Counted from the stretch's first letter, positions 10,236 through 20,395 are shown. The stretch is 37,728 nucleotides of DNA from Promethearchaeia archaeon (GCA_046483985.1 JAWOCD010000003.1:1-37728); one strand, 5' to 3'. Notes: generated by a model not told the origin, from the sequence alone. Made by a program: numbers and translations.

Positions 10236-10592
10236 ATGAGATTATCGGAAGCTTCTCACTTTTATCGAAATTCCGCTTATATTTCCATTTCGCTAGGTTT
10301 TATCTTAATTATTCGTGCTCTTTTTTCGTTTAAGTTTTCATTTCTATCCTTGATAAAAGCGTTCTTTCTCCCACTTATCTGTATATATATCGCTGTAAAA
10401 TTTTATAATCGAGATGGATACCGATACTCATTTTCTGAAGCGTTATTCTCTCTATTAACGGTATTAATCCCCCTTCTCTTTATTATCAACTTAATTCAAG
10501 CGTTAATCATCTTCGCCGTTTTAGAGATCATATTTGATATCCTGTTAATTCTCGTGGGAATAGTTGGCTTAGTATATTATGTTTTTTACTAA
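10236..10592 (+). CDS. Small four-TM membrane protein
   Basis: 118 aa with four hydrophobic stretches. Confidence 0.6.
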   Translation: MRLSEASHFYRNSAYISISLGFILIIRALFSFKFSFLSLIKAFFLPLICIYIAVKFYNRDGYRYSFSEALFSLLTVLIPLLFIINLIQALIIFAVLEIIFDILLILVGIVGLVYYVFY

Positions 10593-10641
10593 TATTGAAG
10601 AGATGAAATTATTTTAACATAAAAGATAATATTTTATCAAT

Positions 10642-11028
10642 ATGCCTCAAGGATCTCGTTACCGATATCAATATCATATTCTTTTGGGAATAATTGTCTT
10701 GACCAACAGCATTTTGTTGCTTTTCAAAATATTTTTGAATATATTTTTGTGGGGCATCTCTTTTTCTGACATTTTTATAGAGGGTTTAGCACTGCTCTGG
10801 CCAGCTTTTGGTATTAGCTGTGCAATAGAACTTTTTAGGAAAGATAAATGGGGCTGGGGCGGGATATTTTTCCACATTTTTATCTTATATTGTGGGATTT
10901 ATTATTCAATCCTCTCAATTATGAATATTCTCAGTTTTACTATAAGTTTCCATTGGGGGATTACCTTTTCAATTCATTTTAGTATTGCCTTTTTAGGATG
11001 GTTGGGTTATATTTTATATTATGATTAA
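10642..11028 (+). CDS. Small four-TM membrane protein, possible paralog of the previous gene
   Basis: 128 aa with four hydrophobic stretches and a similar layout. Confidence 0.6.
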   Translation: MPQGSRYRYQYHILLGIIVLTNSILLLFKIFLNIFLWGISFSDIFIEGLALLWPAFGISCAIELFRKDKWGWGGIFFHIFILYCGIYYSILSIMNILSFTISFHWGITFSIHFSIAFLGWLGYILYYD

Positions 11029-11058
11029 TTCATTTAAGGATAAAACGAGGTTAAAAGA

Positions 11059-13833
11059 TTGAGCAAAGAAAAGAAGGCTAAGGTGTTTATTACACCTCAT
11101 TTTCATTATGACTATTTATGGACTGATACGGCAGATGGAATGGGGTCTCGCACGGCTAAGATTATTCAAAAAGCACTTCTCATCATGAGAAAACATCCTA
11201 ATTTCAAATATGTGATAGATTCCGTTATGCCCTTGAAATATTTTAGGCTTCATTTTCCAGAAATGTGGGATGAACTTAAACAAAGAGTAGAAGAAAAAAG
11301 AATCGAACTGGTAGGTGGGATGGTAGTTGCGCCCGACACATTGATGGCACGGGGAGAAACTCTTATTCGACAATTCTTATACGGAAAAAAATACCTTAAG
11401 AAAGAGTTCGATACAGATGCTAAAATAGGATATTTATTGGACTCCTTTGGGCAAACGCCTCAGTTACCCCAAATTCTGAAAAAGGCGGGTTTTGAATTCT
11501 TTATATTTGTTCGAGGTGCCCGAAACTTGAATTTACCTCAAGAATTCCTTTGGAAAGCCTTTGATGGTTCGAAAATATTAACGCATTGGATGTATGCAAC
11601 TTATACATGGGTAACTCCCCCATTTGCGCAAACAATATTACCTCCTCTGTTTCCATTTTTCCCTGTTCCCTTTACTCTCAATTTTTTACCTCAAGCCTTT
11701 GGATTGTACGAATTTTTGAAAAAAATTTTCCCTCCCTTCAAATATCTGTTTCAAAAAATCGGTTCAATAAATGCTGGAGTTTCAATTTTGGGTGCCGATA
11801 TGGGAGGTTTAAAATTTACCATAAAAAATAGATTAAAGCGAGCCACAACCAATAATATTTTCATCTTAAACGGGACCGATAATATTCCTCCCAGTACCAA
11901 TATCCTTGATGTTACTAACTATACTGAAAAACACACAAAAAAATACGATCTCAAAATATCAACTCCCACGGAATTTAAGGATGCGTTAGTGAAAAGTAAT
12001 CATAAATTCGGTGTTTTTGGACCACATGAATTTAATGGATTTCCCGATAAATTTCCGGGAACTTTCAGCACACGAGTAAAGTTAAAACAAACATTAAGAG
12101 GCGTAGAGAATCTTCAATATAAAACCGAATGTATTGCGGCGTTTGCCTCGTTTTTCTCAAACTTTCATTATCCGCAAAAAGCTATTGAAAAGGCGTTGTG
12201 GAAGGTTCTACAATCGTGTTTTCATGACGCCTTACCAGGATGTCACATTGATGCCGCATATGAGAATATTATGGAGAGACTGAATCAAGCCTCTTCTATG
12301 CTCGGAAAGATTCATGAAAACGCTCTGAACTCACTTATTAATATCATCAAGATTAATAAAATCAAAAAGAATCTCTTACCCTTGATTATTTTTAATCCTA
12401 GTTCAGCCCATTCCGATGAGATTGTCCGATTTTCATTACCAAAATCTCTGAAGAATTTTCAACTTTTAAATACAGACGGCGAAATCATGAAGTTTCAGCT
12501 AGATACAATGAAGGATCAAGATATTTACCTATTTGATCCATCCCCAGTTCCACCTCTTTCCTTTAAAGTCTTTTATATAAAAGATCTTGAACCGGGCGAA
12601 AAATCAGAAAGAATTATGGAACAATCTCTGGAAAAAGATTCTTCCTTGGGATTTGAATACAGTTCCTCAAATCATTTACGGGAAATACATAACTCCCGAT
12701 TTACTCTAACCTTTGAGAATGACAAGTTAAGAACTATACGGGACAAAAAAACTGACAATCTTATCAAATCGGACAAATATTTTATTAATGAACTCAGAAT
12801 CTTTAATGACAGGGGAGATAGCTATTTACATGGAAAAATGCCTTCAAAAACTTATGAGACGTACGACAATAAAGCTGAACTTATTGAAAACGGACCCGTG
12901 CGAATGGTCGTAAAAGTAGCTTCAAAACTGAAGTGTAAAAATAAATGGCTTGTAAAGCCCACGAATGAGATAATTCAATATATAATCCTCCATAATACCG
13001 ATATTCCACGTATCGATTTTATTACCCGATTTCGGAATAAGATCAAGAATGTTAGAATTCAAGCTTGCTTCCCCCTAAATATGAAAAACCCCATCTTTCA
13101 TTCAGAAGTTCCGGATGGATTTATTGAAAGAGATACAATGCCAAGGAAAGGATCATCATGGGCAGAACAAAGCAAACATTTTTCTCATTATGACCGAATT
13201 TTTCCGGTTTTAAATTGGATGGATGCGACCGACAAACATATTAATAAGGGCTTCAGTATAATTAACCAAGGATTGCCAGAATATGAGATTGGTCCCAATA
13301 AAAACCATATTTTCCTTACTCTAATGCGTAGCACGGGTTATCTTGCAAACATATTCCCTTTTGCGGTTCCCATGGTCTTAGCTCCTTTTTATAGTATCCC
13401 GAAAGCATATGAATTAACTCATCATGAATTTCGATATTCAATTTTTTTCCACGAAGGTCAAGAAGCCACTAATTTAATTGCTCAAAGGGCTATGAACTTT
13501 AATATAGGTTTAATCTGCAAGTTGCAAGAGGAAAGAAAAAACGGAAAACCATCAATAAATGGGGAAATACCATTAGTTGAAGTTACTCCTGACAACTTCC
13601 TTATTAAGTCTGTGAAAATGGCCGAGAACTCTGAGGGAATTGTGATACGAATTCTGGAGACGGCAGACAAAAAATCAAAAGGAATGTTAAAACTATATAA
13701 AACCCCCGAAGCCGTTTACCTCATAAATCTTCTTGAGGATCCGATTAAATTAATATCTCCAAACAATAAAAATATGTATCCCTTTCATGCAAATCCCCAA
13801 GAGATTATTACACTTTTATTAAAATATAAGTAA
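11059..13833 (+). CDS. Glycoside hydrolase family 38 (alpha-mannosidase-like)
   Basis: PHFHYDYLW (Zn ligands), LLDSFG (nucleophile), FHDALPG, ENGPVR, TLMRS; TTG start after GAGGT. Confidence 0.92.
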   Translation: MSKEKKAKVFITPHFHYDYLWTDTADGMGSRTAKIIQKALLIMRKHPNFKYVIDSVMPLKYFRLHFPEMWDELKQRVEEKRIELVGGMVVAPDTLMARGETLIRQFLYGKKYLKKEFDTDAKIGYLLDSFGQTPQLPQILKKAGFEFFIFVRGARNLNLPQEFLWKAFDGSKILTHWMYATYTWVTPPFAQTILPPLFPFFPVPFTLNFLPQAFGLYEFLKKIFPPFKYLFQKIGSINAGVSILGADMGGLKFTIKNRLKRATTNNIFILNGTDNIPPSTNILDVTNYTEKHTKKYDLKISTPTEFKDALVKSNHKFGVFGPHEFNGFPDKFPGTFSTRVKLKQTLRGVENLQYKTECIAAFASFFSNFHYPQKAIEKALWKVLQSCFHDALPGCHIDAAYENIMERLNQASSMLGKIHENALNSLINIIKINKIKKNLLPLIIFNPSSAHSDEIVRFSLPKSLKNFQLLNTDGEIMKFQLDTMKDQDIYLFDPSPVPPLSFKVFYIKDLEPGEKSERIMEQSLEKDSSLGFEYSSSNHLREIHNSRFTLTFENDKLRTIRDKKTDNLIKSDKYFINELRIFNDRGDSYLHGKMPSKTYETYDNKAELIENGPVRMVVKVASKLKCKNKWLVKPTNEIIQYIILHNTDIPRIDFITRFRNKIKNVRIQACFPLNMKNPIFHSEVPDGFIERDTMPRKGSSWAEQSKHFSHYDRIFPVLNWMDATDKHINKGFSIINQGLPEYEIGPNKNHIFLTLMRSTGYLANIFPFAVPMVLAPFYSIPKAYELTHHEFRYSIFFHEGQEATNLIAQRAMNFNIGLICKLQEERKNGKPSINGEIPLVEVTPDNFLIKSVKMAENSEGIVIRILETADKKSKGMLKLYKTPEAVYLINLLEDPIKLISPNNKNMYPFHANPQEIITLLLKYK

Positions 13834-13944
13834 GGTCTCTTTGATTTGTTAGGCAAATTCAAATATCAATTCAATTCCTTATAAGTTTGTTTCTTGAGAT
13901 TTTTAAAAAAGAAGTGAGATAAGATAAATAGTAGAAGTTTTAAC

Positions 13945-15078
13945 TTACTCTAACTCTTTATCTCTATGGGTTTTCTTCATATCTTCCTCGGTAATATTGT
14001 TTCGTTTTGCAATTAATGCTAAAAGAGAATCAAGTGTGACATAAGTGTTAAGTTCAAATTGAGGAAAGAAAGGTGAAGCGATTTCGAAAATAGACCTATT
14101 ATAATAACTAATCATCTCAGGTCTTCCTTCGATTATAAGATTGCCAGCATGCCGCTTGTACCACTGACAAGTATTAACTAAATTACTTTGTTCAAAGCTC
14201 GTAATAGGAAAGATTTTCATTCCTACGTCTCCAGCTTGCCGCGCATCTTTTATGATCTGGTCGGTTTGTCCGCTTCCGCTTAATAATATCGCTAAGTCCT
14301 TATTTCGGCGACATCTCCAGTGACTCTCATATACAACATGTAAATCCTTTGAGTTTTCTTTATGCAAGTGACCATACCGAATTGCAATAACTCGTATAAT
14401 TATCTCATTTATACCAGTTCCTTTGAAATAAACAACACCATCGTTTTCGATATCTAAATAATCCTCAATCAAAAAAACAAAGTTCTTAACGGACTCCTCT
14501 TGGGTTCTGAGTCGTTTTAAATTCTTTTTAAATCCCTTAATAACATCTTTAGATACCTTTTTAAACTCAGCAATTGGGTCTTCTTTATCGTAGGAATATG
14601 CAAGGCATGCACACAAGGTCGCACTGGCCTGTTCAAATTCGGTTCCTAACGGAGCATACTTTTCCTCATGTCCATTTTTTTTAAGAAAAATTACATTTTC
14701 AAATTTCTCTTTAAGATTTTTATTGGCGGTAATAAATATAACCTTAAGCCCTTTTTTTTTGGCAAATGTCGCATCATCTATGATTTTGCCGGACCCCGAA
14801 CGGGAATTTGCCAAAAAAATATCACCACTTCTCAATGGACGTAAATTTGCATTATTTACGCAATTTATCCGGATTCCATAGGTACTTTCCAATTCTCTTG
14901 CCAGTAATAATGCACTTTGGAGAGAGCGCCCCGCGCCAGCAACCGTTACTCTTTTATCATCGGCGCCTTCCTTAAGTATATCTAAACAGTTTTCTACCGT
15001 TTCTAGATTGACATTCTTGAGGGCAGTTTCAATTCTTTCAATTAAATATTGATAAGTTTCTGTTAAGAATGATATCAT
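13945..15078 (-). CDS. Tandem double-SIS protein, 6-phospho-3-hexuloisomerase (HxlB/PHI)-like
   Basis: Domain 1: GAGRS, SRSGS, YAPLGTEFE. Domain 2: SGSGQT, FELNTYVTLDSL and a C-terminal EEDMKKTH tail like PHI. Confidence 0.75.
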   Translation of the reverse strand: MISFLTETYQYLIERIETALKNVNLETVENCLDILKEGADDKRVTVAGAGRSLQSALLLARELESTYGIRINCVNNANLRPLRSGDIFLANSRSGSGKIIDDATFAKKKGLKVIFITANKNLKEKFENVIFLKKNGHEEKYAPLGTEFEQASATLCACLAYSYDKEDPIAEFKKVSKDVIKGFKKNLKRLRTQEESVKNFVFLIEDYLDIENDGVVYFKGTGINEIIIRVIAIRYGHLHKENSKDLHVVYESHWRCRRNKDLAILLSGSGQTDQIIKDARQAGDVGMKIFPITSFEQSNLVNTCQWYKRHAGNLIIEGRPEMISYYNRSIFEIASPFFPQFELNTYVTLDSLLALIAKRNNITEEDMKKTHRDKELE

Positions 15079-15175
15079 TAAATAAAAATAAGTTAAAATT
15101 TCTTTAAAATCTTAATGAAGAAAATCTTTTGCTATGTTTCCGACTCTTTAAAGTAGTTTTTAGCATCGATATGAT

Positions 15176-15961
15176 TTATTTCTTCTTTATTTTATGGATA
15201 ATGGTAATTATTACCAAGGCTGCCACAATAATTACTGCCATTAGAGCCATAAACGCAACTTGAAAATTATTATTAATTTGCTTCGCAAAGATGCCATAAG
15301 AGGCCCAAATTACAACTGCTGCATAAGCGATATCTTTTCTTGTGTATAAGATTAAGGCAGTTAATATAATGGAAATAATTATCACAAGATCAGTCCAAAA
15401 CACCTCAGAGAGTCCAAATCCATCCCAATTTATATCCACCAAGAAGGCAGTTACATTTGCGATGGTTGCGATAGTAATCCAACCTAAATATACGCTAAAG
15501 GGGACATGAACGAATAGTTTCTCTCTGCGCGGTACATATTCTTGTCCGATCCGTAACCGAAGATATATTGCTAATAAAGCGATTAGTAAAATTAACATGA
15601 TTATCAAAGAGAGTCCTACTAGTTGATAATGCCATGCAAAGATCCAGAGTATATTGGCTACACTGGCCAATATAAAGAATATTCCTATTTCATCGAGATA
15701 TGGTGTGTCGAATTCTTCACTTTTTAATAATCCTCGTGCTTGAAAAATCACGAAAATAGCCAGAAGAAGATAAATTACACCCCATATCGAAAAGATAAAT
15801 CCAGCAGGTACAAATAGATTGGGATACGCATCAGATAATTCTCCAGTTGTCTTATTATTAATAGGAAGTGCATTGGCGAGTATATTTACAATAATTGTAC
15901 CAATCAGACCCAAAATATTTCCAATTTGATATATTCGCTTTTTTCTATTACTTTCCATCAA
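15176..15961 (-). CDS. TspO/MBR-related tryptophan-rich membrane protein
   Basis: PAGFIFSIWGVIY, NILWIFAWH and FSVYLGWITIAT motifs. Confidence 0.8.
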   Translation of the reverse strand: MMESNRKKRIYQIGNILGLIGTIIVNILANALPINNKTTGELSDAYPNLFVPAGFIFSIWGVIYLLLAIFVIFQARGLLKSEEFDTPYLDEIGIFFILASVANILWIFAWHYQLVGLSLIIMLILLIALLAIYLRLRIGQEYVPRREKLFVHVPFSVYLGWITIATIANVTAFLVDINWDGFGLSEVFWTDLVIIISIILTALILYTRKDIAYAAVVIWASYGIFAKQINNNFQVAFMALMAVIIVAALVIITIIHKIKKK

Positions 15962-16183
15962 AAATCATCTTTCGAATATTCATTTTGAATTTTTTTAATT
16001 ATTATTTGAAATGAGATAACTATTGTTAAAATTAATGTCTTTATTTTATTAATTTATAAATTCTCTATGTTTTTATATAAATTTTAATCGAAATCCTTTT
16101 TAGTCAATTTCAATATTAATTAATTAATTAACTAATATAAAAGATTTCAGAAAATAATCACCATCAAAGGCTCGAGGCAAACA

Positions 16184-16537
16184 ATGACCGATAAGGATTT
16201 TAAGGAGACCCAAAAAGACGAAGAGGAACTCGCTAAAGATAGTGAAAAAAGGGGTTCCAATTTTTATATGTTTAATACAGTTTCCCGCGAGAATCTTGAT
16301 AACTTCATCGATAATCTCTATAATCCTAACTTTTTGGGGTCCATCCATATGAAAAAAGGAACCAAGCAACCATCGGCGACTCCCAAGACGGAAATCACAG
16401 ACGAAGTTCTTAAAAATGAACTAAATCTCAAAATGGACGATAATATGAAAAATACTATCTTTAATCCGATTACGAAATTATTACTCGTTGCTATGATTAT
16501 TTTTAATATAGGATTACTAATTTTTAGCCTTCTTTAA
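16184..16537 (+). CDS. Hypothetical tail-anchored protein
   Basis: Polar N-terminus and a single C-terminal hydrophobic helix (LLLVAMIIFNIGLLIFSLL); GAGG upstream of ATG. Confidence 0.65.
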   Translation: MTDKDFKETQKDEEELAKDSEKRGSNFYMFNTVSRENLDNFIDNLYNPNFLGSIHMKKGTKQPSATPKTEITDEVLKNELNLKMDDNMKNTIFNPITKLLLVAMIIFNIGLLIFSLL

Positions 16538-16594
16538 TCTAATCTCTTTACTTTAAATTTTTTGGGTTATTAAGAAAGAGCAATAATCTTACCA

Positions 16595-16640
16595 TAAATA
16601 TTAATAATTATAAAATAACTCTAAATATTAATAATTATAA
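16595..16640. repeat. 19-bp perfect direct repeat TAAATATTAATAATTATAA x2
   Basis: Copies at 16595-16613 and 16622-16640 (period 27), ~50 nt upstream of the ATT-start ORF. Confidence 0.7.
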
Positions 16641-16691
16641 TATAAAATATTATTTTATAACAAAGATTATTTTTTTGGAGGTATTTTAACC

Positions 16692-17039
16692 ATTTCAGAG
16701 AAAGAAAAAGATGAGTTCTTCTTAAAAAAAGAAGAACTGAAAGAAAAAGGTGAGCAGTTTCTTTCAAAAATAGAGAAAAATTATGAATTCTTCTCTCAAA
16801 CCTTAAAAAAAGACGATGAGATTATTCCAGAGAGAAAAGGCCAAGTACCTAAGCTTGCAGTTTTACTTGGGCTTCTTGACCCCTTCTTTTATGATCTCTA
16901 TAATTTATGTGACGGAAAACGGGATTTGGAAACATTATCAGAAATCCTCGGACTGGATGTAAAAGATCTCAAAATCTTAATTGATAAATTGGTAAAAAAT
17001 GGATTGATAGAAGAGAAGCCCTCAGATTTAAAAAAATGA
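16692..17039 (+). CDS. Winged-helix protein (115 aa) with non-canonical ATT start; absent from the ORF track
   Basis: Open frame ISEKEKDEFF...LYNLCDGKRDLETLSEILGLDVKDLKILIDKLVKNGLIEE...*. GGAGGT at 16677-16682; no in-frame ATG/GTG/TTG between the upstream TAA (16638-16640) and this ATT. Confidence 0.8.
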   Translation: MSEKEKDEFFLKKEELKEKGEQFLSKIEKNYEFFSQTLKKDDEIIPERKGQVPKLAVLLGLLDPFFYDLYNLCDGKRDLETLSEILGLDVKDLKILIDKLVKNGLIEEKPSDLKK

Positions 17040-17209
17040 ACGAGTTAACTCTAGGATTTGAGATCTTCCAAAGTTCTAAAAAACTTTTCTTTCATATTTT
17101 CTTTAGGATATTTTAATACAATTTTCACTATATTTTTTTAAAACAATTCACTATTCTACTTACTACTATTTATGATAATTCTTATTTAATAATAGAAAGG
17201 TAATGAAGG

Positions 17210-18688
17210 TTGAAGTATGACGTTTTAATTATTGGAGGCGGTGTAACGGGGTGTACTATTGCAAGAACGCTTTCTAAATATGATTTAAAAATTGCATTAT
17301 TGGAAAAAGAGGCAGATGTGGCATCTGGGACGACTAAGGCAAACTCTGGCGTAATACATGCGGGTTATGCGTCTCCCCGAAAATATATAAAACGGAATTT
17401 ATGTATCCGCGGTAATGAGTTGTATACGCAAGCCCAACAAGAGTTAAATTTCCCATTTGAAAGGATTGGATCGTTTGTCTGTGCGGTTCGAGATGATCAA
17501 ATTGAAATGTTAGCAGAGGAAAGAGAAAAAGGTATCGAAGATGGCATAACTGACTTGGAACTGATTTTAGATAAAGAGAAGATTCTTGAAATGGAACCCA
17601 ATCTGACTGAGGATGTGGTGGGGGTGCTTCATGCTCCATCTGCAGGGATTGTAAGCCCCTATGAAATGACTATCGCTCTTGCAGAAAATGCAGCAATGAA
17701 TGGTGTTAAATTCTTCCGAAATCAAGAAGTCATAAATATACGCCATCATGATTATACTTTTATTGTGGAAACAAATAAAAGAGAATTTAAATCAGCCAAT
17801 TTAATCAATGCTGCTGGTTTGTACGCAGCGAAAATATCCAAAATGTTGGGATTAGATTACTTTTCAATAATCCCAAGGAAAGGAGAATATATTTTATTTG
17901 ACAAAAATGAAATCACAATAAGTAAAATTCTCTTCCCTATCCCTACTAAAGTATCAAAAGGTATTTTAGTATGTCCCACCGTCCATAATAATGTATTTGC
18001 GGGTCCAAATGCACAAAATATTGTTGATAAAGAAGATACTGCCACCACCACCGCTGGCTTAAAAGAAGTATTGGAGGGGTCAAAGGAACTGATACCAAAT
18101 TTACCGGTGAGAAGTTCTATTCGAAATTTTGCGGGTCTTCGGGCTGTCCCTCGTGATCATCGGTATGACTTCATTATTGATAATACCGATATCTACGGAT
18201 TCATTAATGTAGCTGGAATTCACTCGCCGGGATTAACCTCATGCTATGCGATAGCAGAAAAAGTGGAAGAGTATCTCAAATTATTGGGCGTCAATATGGA
18301 AGAAAAGGAGGATTATAACCCATATCGCCCGAAGCCCGAGCGATTGGAAGATTTTACTAAACAAGAATTGGACCAGAAAATTAAAGAAGATGCCCGATGG
18401 GGGAGAATCATCTGCAGATGCGAAACCGTCCCCGAAAAAGAAATTGTAGATGCTATTAATCGACCTGTAGGTGCTCGTACCGTAGACGGTGTGAAGTTTC
18501 GATGCCGTGCTGGAATGGGAAGATGTCAAGGAGGATTCTGTAGACCCCGTGTAATTGAAATTCTTTCAAGAGAATTGGAGATCCCTCCAGAAGAAGTAAC
18601 AAAAAAGGGCGATAAAACGAACTATTTGGTATGCCATACCAAAGATTTCTTATTGGAAAAATGTCAAGGAGGCGAGGAGAAAGAATGA
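17210..18688 (+). CDS. FAD-dependent oxidoreductase, GlpA/LhgO-like, with C-terminal BFD-type [2Fe-2S] domain
   Basis: GGGVTG, TKANSGVIHAG, GIHSPGLT, CRCE...RAGMGRCQGGFC. Confidence 0.88.
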   Translation: MKYDVLIIGGGVTGCTIARTLSKYDLKIALLEKEADVASGTTKANSGVIHAGYASPRKYIKRNLCIRGNELYTQAQQELNFPFERIGSFVCAVRDDQIEMLAEEREKGIEDGITDLELILDKEKILEMEPNLTEDVVGVLHAPSAGIVSPYEMTIALAENAAMNGVKFFRNQEVINIRHHDYTFIVETNKREFKSANLINAAGLYAAKISKMLGLDYFSIIPRKGEYILFDKNEITISKILFPIPTKVSKGILVCPTVHNNVFAGPNAQNIVDKEDTATTTAGLKEVLEGSKELIPNLPVRSSIRNFAGLRAVPRDHRYDFIIDNTDIYGFINVAGIHSPGLTSCYAIAEKVEEYLKLLGVNMEEKEDYNPYRPKPERLEDFTKQELDQKIKEDARWGRIICRCETVPEKEIVDAINRPVGARTVDGVKFRCRAGMGRCQGGFCRPRVIEILSRELEIPPEEVTKKGDKTNYLVCHTKDFLLEKCQGGEEKE

Positions 18689-19983
18689 AGAAATACGAAA
18701 CCGAAGTCGTGGTAATCGGCGGCGGTGCAGCTGGATTAGCTTCGGCAATTGAAGCTAAAAAAGGGGGCTTAGATGTTCTCATAGTTGAACGGGGAATAGA
18801 ATTAGGGGGGATTTTAATGCAATGTATTCATAACGGATTCGGCTTAAAGGAATTTAATGAGGAATTAACTGGTCCCGAATATGCGCAGCGTTTTATTGAT
18901 GAGGTAAATGACTTAGAAATCCCTTATTTATTAGACACGATGGTAATTGAATTAAGGAAAGATAAGAAAATATACGCTGTGAATAAAAATGAAGGATTGA
19001 TTGAAATTCAATCCAAAGCTATTATTTTAGCCATGGGATGTCGAGAACGAACGAGAGGTGCTATAAATCTTCCTGGTTTTCGACCTGCCGGTGTATATAC
19101 TGCTGGACAAGCCCAGAGATTTGTTAATATTGAGGGATATCTCCCAGGGAAAACATTTGTTATTTTAGGTAGTGGAGATATTGGAATGATTATGGCACGG
19201 AGATTGACGTGGGAAGGTTGTAAAGTACAAGCAGTTGTTGAAATCTTACCCTACGTGAGTGGATTAATTCGGAACCAAGTTCAGTGTTTGGATGATTATG
19301 ATATTCCGCTAATTACAAGCCATACCGTGACCAAGATCCATGGAAAGTATAATCTAAAAGGCGTCACTATCTCAAAAGTAGACCGTAATTTTGATAGGAT
19401 TGTTGGTTCTGATCGATTTATTGAATGTGATGCCTTGCTTTTATCAGTTGGATTAATCCCCGAAAATGAACTTACCTTGCAAGCAGGGGCTGAACTATCT
19501 GACAACAATGGCCCAATTGTGGATAATAATTTGGAAACTCAAATTGAAGGGGTTTTTGCATGCGGAAATGTCCTCCAAGTTCACGATCTTGTGGATCTTG
19601 TCACAGAAGAGGCAAAGCGGGCAGGAAATAATGCCGTTGACTATATAAATGAGCGATTAGGAAAAAGAATCGAAAGAGAGCGACAGATTCAAGTAGAGCC
19701 AGGCGAGAATGTCAATTATGTGAAGCCTGACTTAGTAAATCGTTCGGACCTTTCCCAAGATATAATCTTTACTTTACGCGTAAAGGAACCAGACCGACGT
19801 ATGATTGTTCAATTTAAGGACGACGCTAATCACGTATTTTACGAACGCAAAAAACGATATGTCATTCCAAGTGAAATGATTAAGATAAAGTTAAATTTAG
19901 AAAGCAAAGATTTTGATTCGACGTGTAAAAATATAAAAATTGAAGTGGTTCCACGGCCAGAACCACTGATTGAAGAGGATTAA
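18685..19983 (+). CDS. NAD(P)/FAD-dependent oxidoreductase, partner of the GlpA-like subunit
   Basis: GGGAAG, QCIHNGFG, GSGDIG, CGNVLQVHDLVD; ATGA overlap with the upstream stop gives a start at 18685. Confidence 0.88.
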   Translation: MKKYETEVVVIGGGAAGLASAIEAKKGGLDVLIVERGIELGGILMQCIHNGFGLKEFNEELTGPEYAQRFIDEVNDLEIPYLLDTMVIELRKDKKIYAVNKNEGLIEIQSKAIILAMGCRERTRGAINLPGFRPAGVYTAGQAQRFVNIEGYLPGKTFVILGSGDIGMIMARRLTWEGCKVQAVVEILPYVSGLIRNQVQCLDDYDIPLITSHTVTKIHGKYNLKGVTISKVDRNFDRIVGSDRFIECDALLLSVGLIPENELTLQAGAELSDNNGPIVDNNLETQIEGVFACGNVLQVHDLVDLVTEEAKRAGNNAVDYINERLGKRIERERQIQVEPGENVNYVKPDLVNRSDLSQDIIFTLRVKEPDRRMIVQFKDDANHVFYERKKRYVIPSEMIKIKLNLESKDFDSTCKNIKIEVVPRPEPLIEED

Positions 19984-20002
19984 AGGAGGTTATGGATTGA
20001 AA

Positions 20003-20395
20003 ATGGAGGAAAGTTGTGAGAAAGGAGAAGTATTAAGAACTATACGCTGTATTGTTTGTCCTACTGGCTGTGAAATTCAAGTAAAAGAAACACCCGATGG
20101 AGAAATTGAATTTGAAGACTACACATGTAAGCGAGGGTTGGAATATGCAAAACAAGAATTTTACGATCCCAAACGAGTTCTCACCACCACCATCAGAGTT
20201 AAAAATGGATTTCTCCCTTTAGTTCCCGTGCGAACTGATAAAGCTATCTCGAAGGACAAACTTAACGATGCACTAAAGGTTATTGCGAAAACTGAAATTG
20301 AAGCACCAGTACACTGTGGACAGGTACTCATTAAAAATATAGTTAATGAAGATGCGGATCTTATAGCAAGCCGAGATTTACCCATTAATAAATAA
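20003..20395 (+). CDS. DUF1667-like CxxC protein
   Basis: CIVCPTGC...CKRG..YAKQE..DPKRVLTTT; the usual third gene of this cassette. Start 19997 (TTG) or 20003 (ATG). Confidence 0.85.
   Translation: MEESCEKGEVLRTIRCIVCPTGCEIQVKETPDGEIEFEDYTCKRGLEYAKQEFYDPKRVLTTTIRVKNGFLPLVPVRTDKAISKDKLNDALKVIAKTEIEAPVHCGQVLIKNIVNEDADLIASRDLPINK

Noticed and set aside
16692-17039. RiPP system linking the PqqD-like wHTH with the radical SAM gene
   Set aside because: The genes are ~14 kb apart with no precursor peptide; the CDG-wHTH pattern is generic.
18631-18684. Longer N-termini given by the ORF track here and at 3905, 9615, 19970, 25894, 30663, 34700 and 35750
   Set aside because: They overlap upstream genes or AT-rich intergenic DNA; downstream ATGs fit SD position or domain start better.
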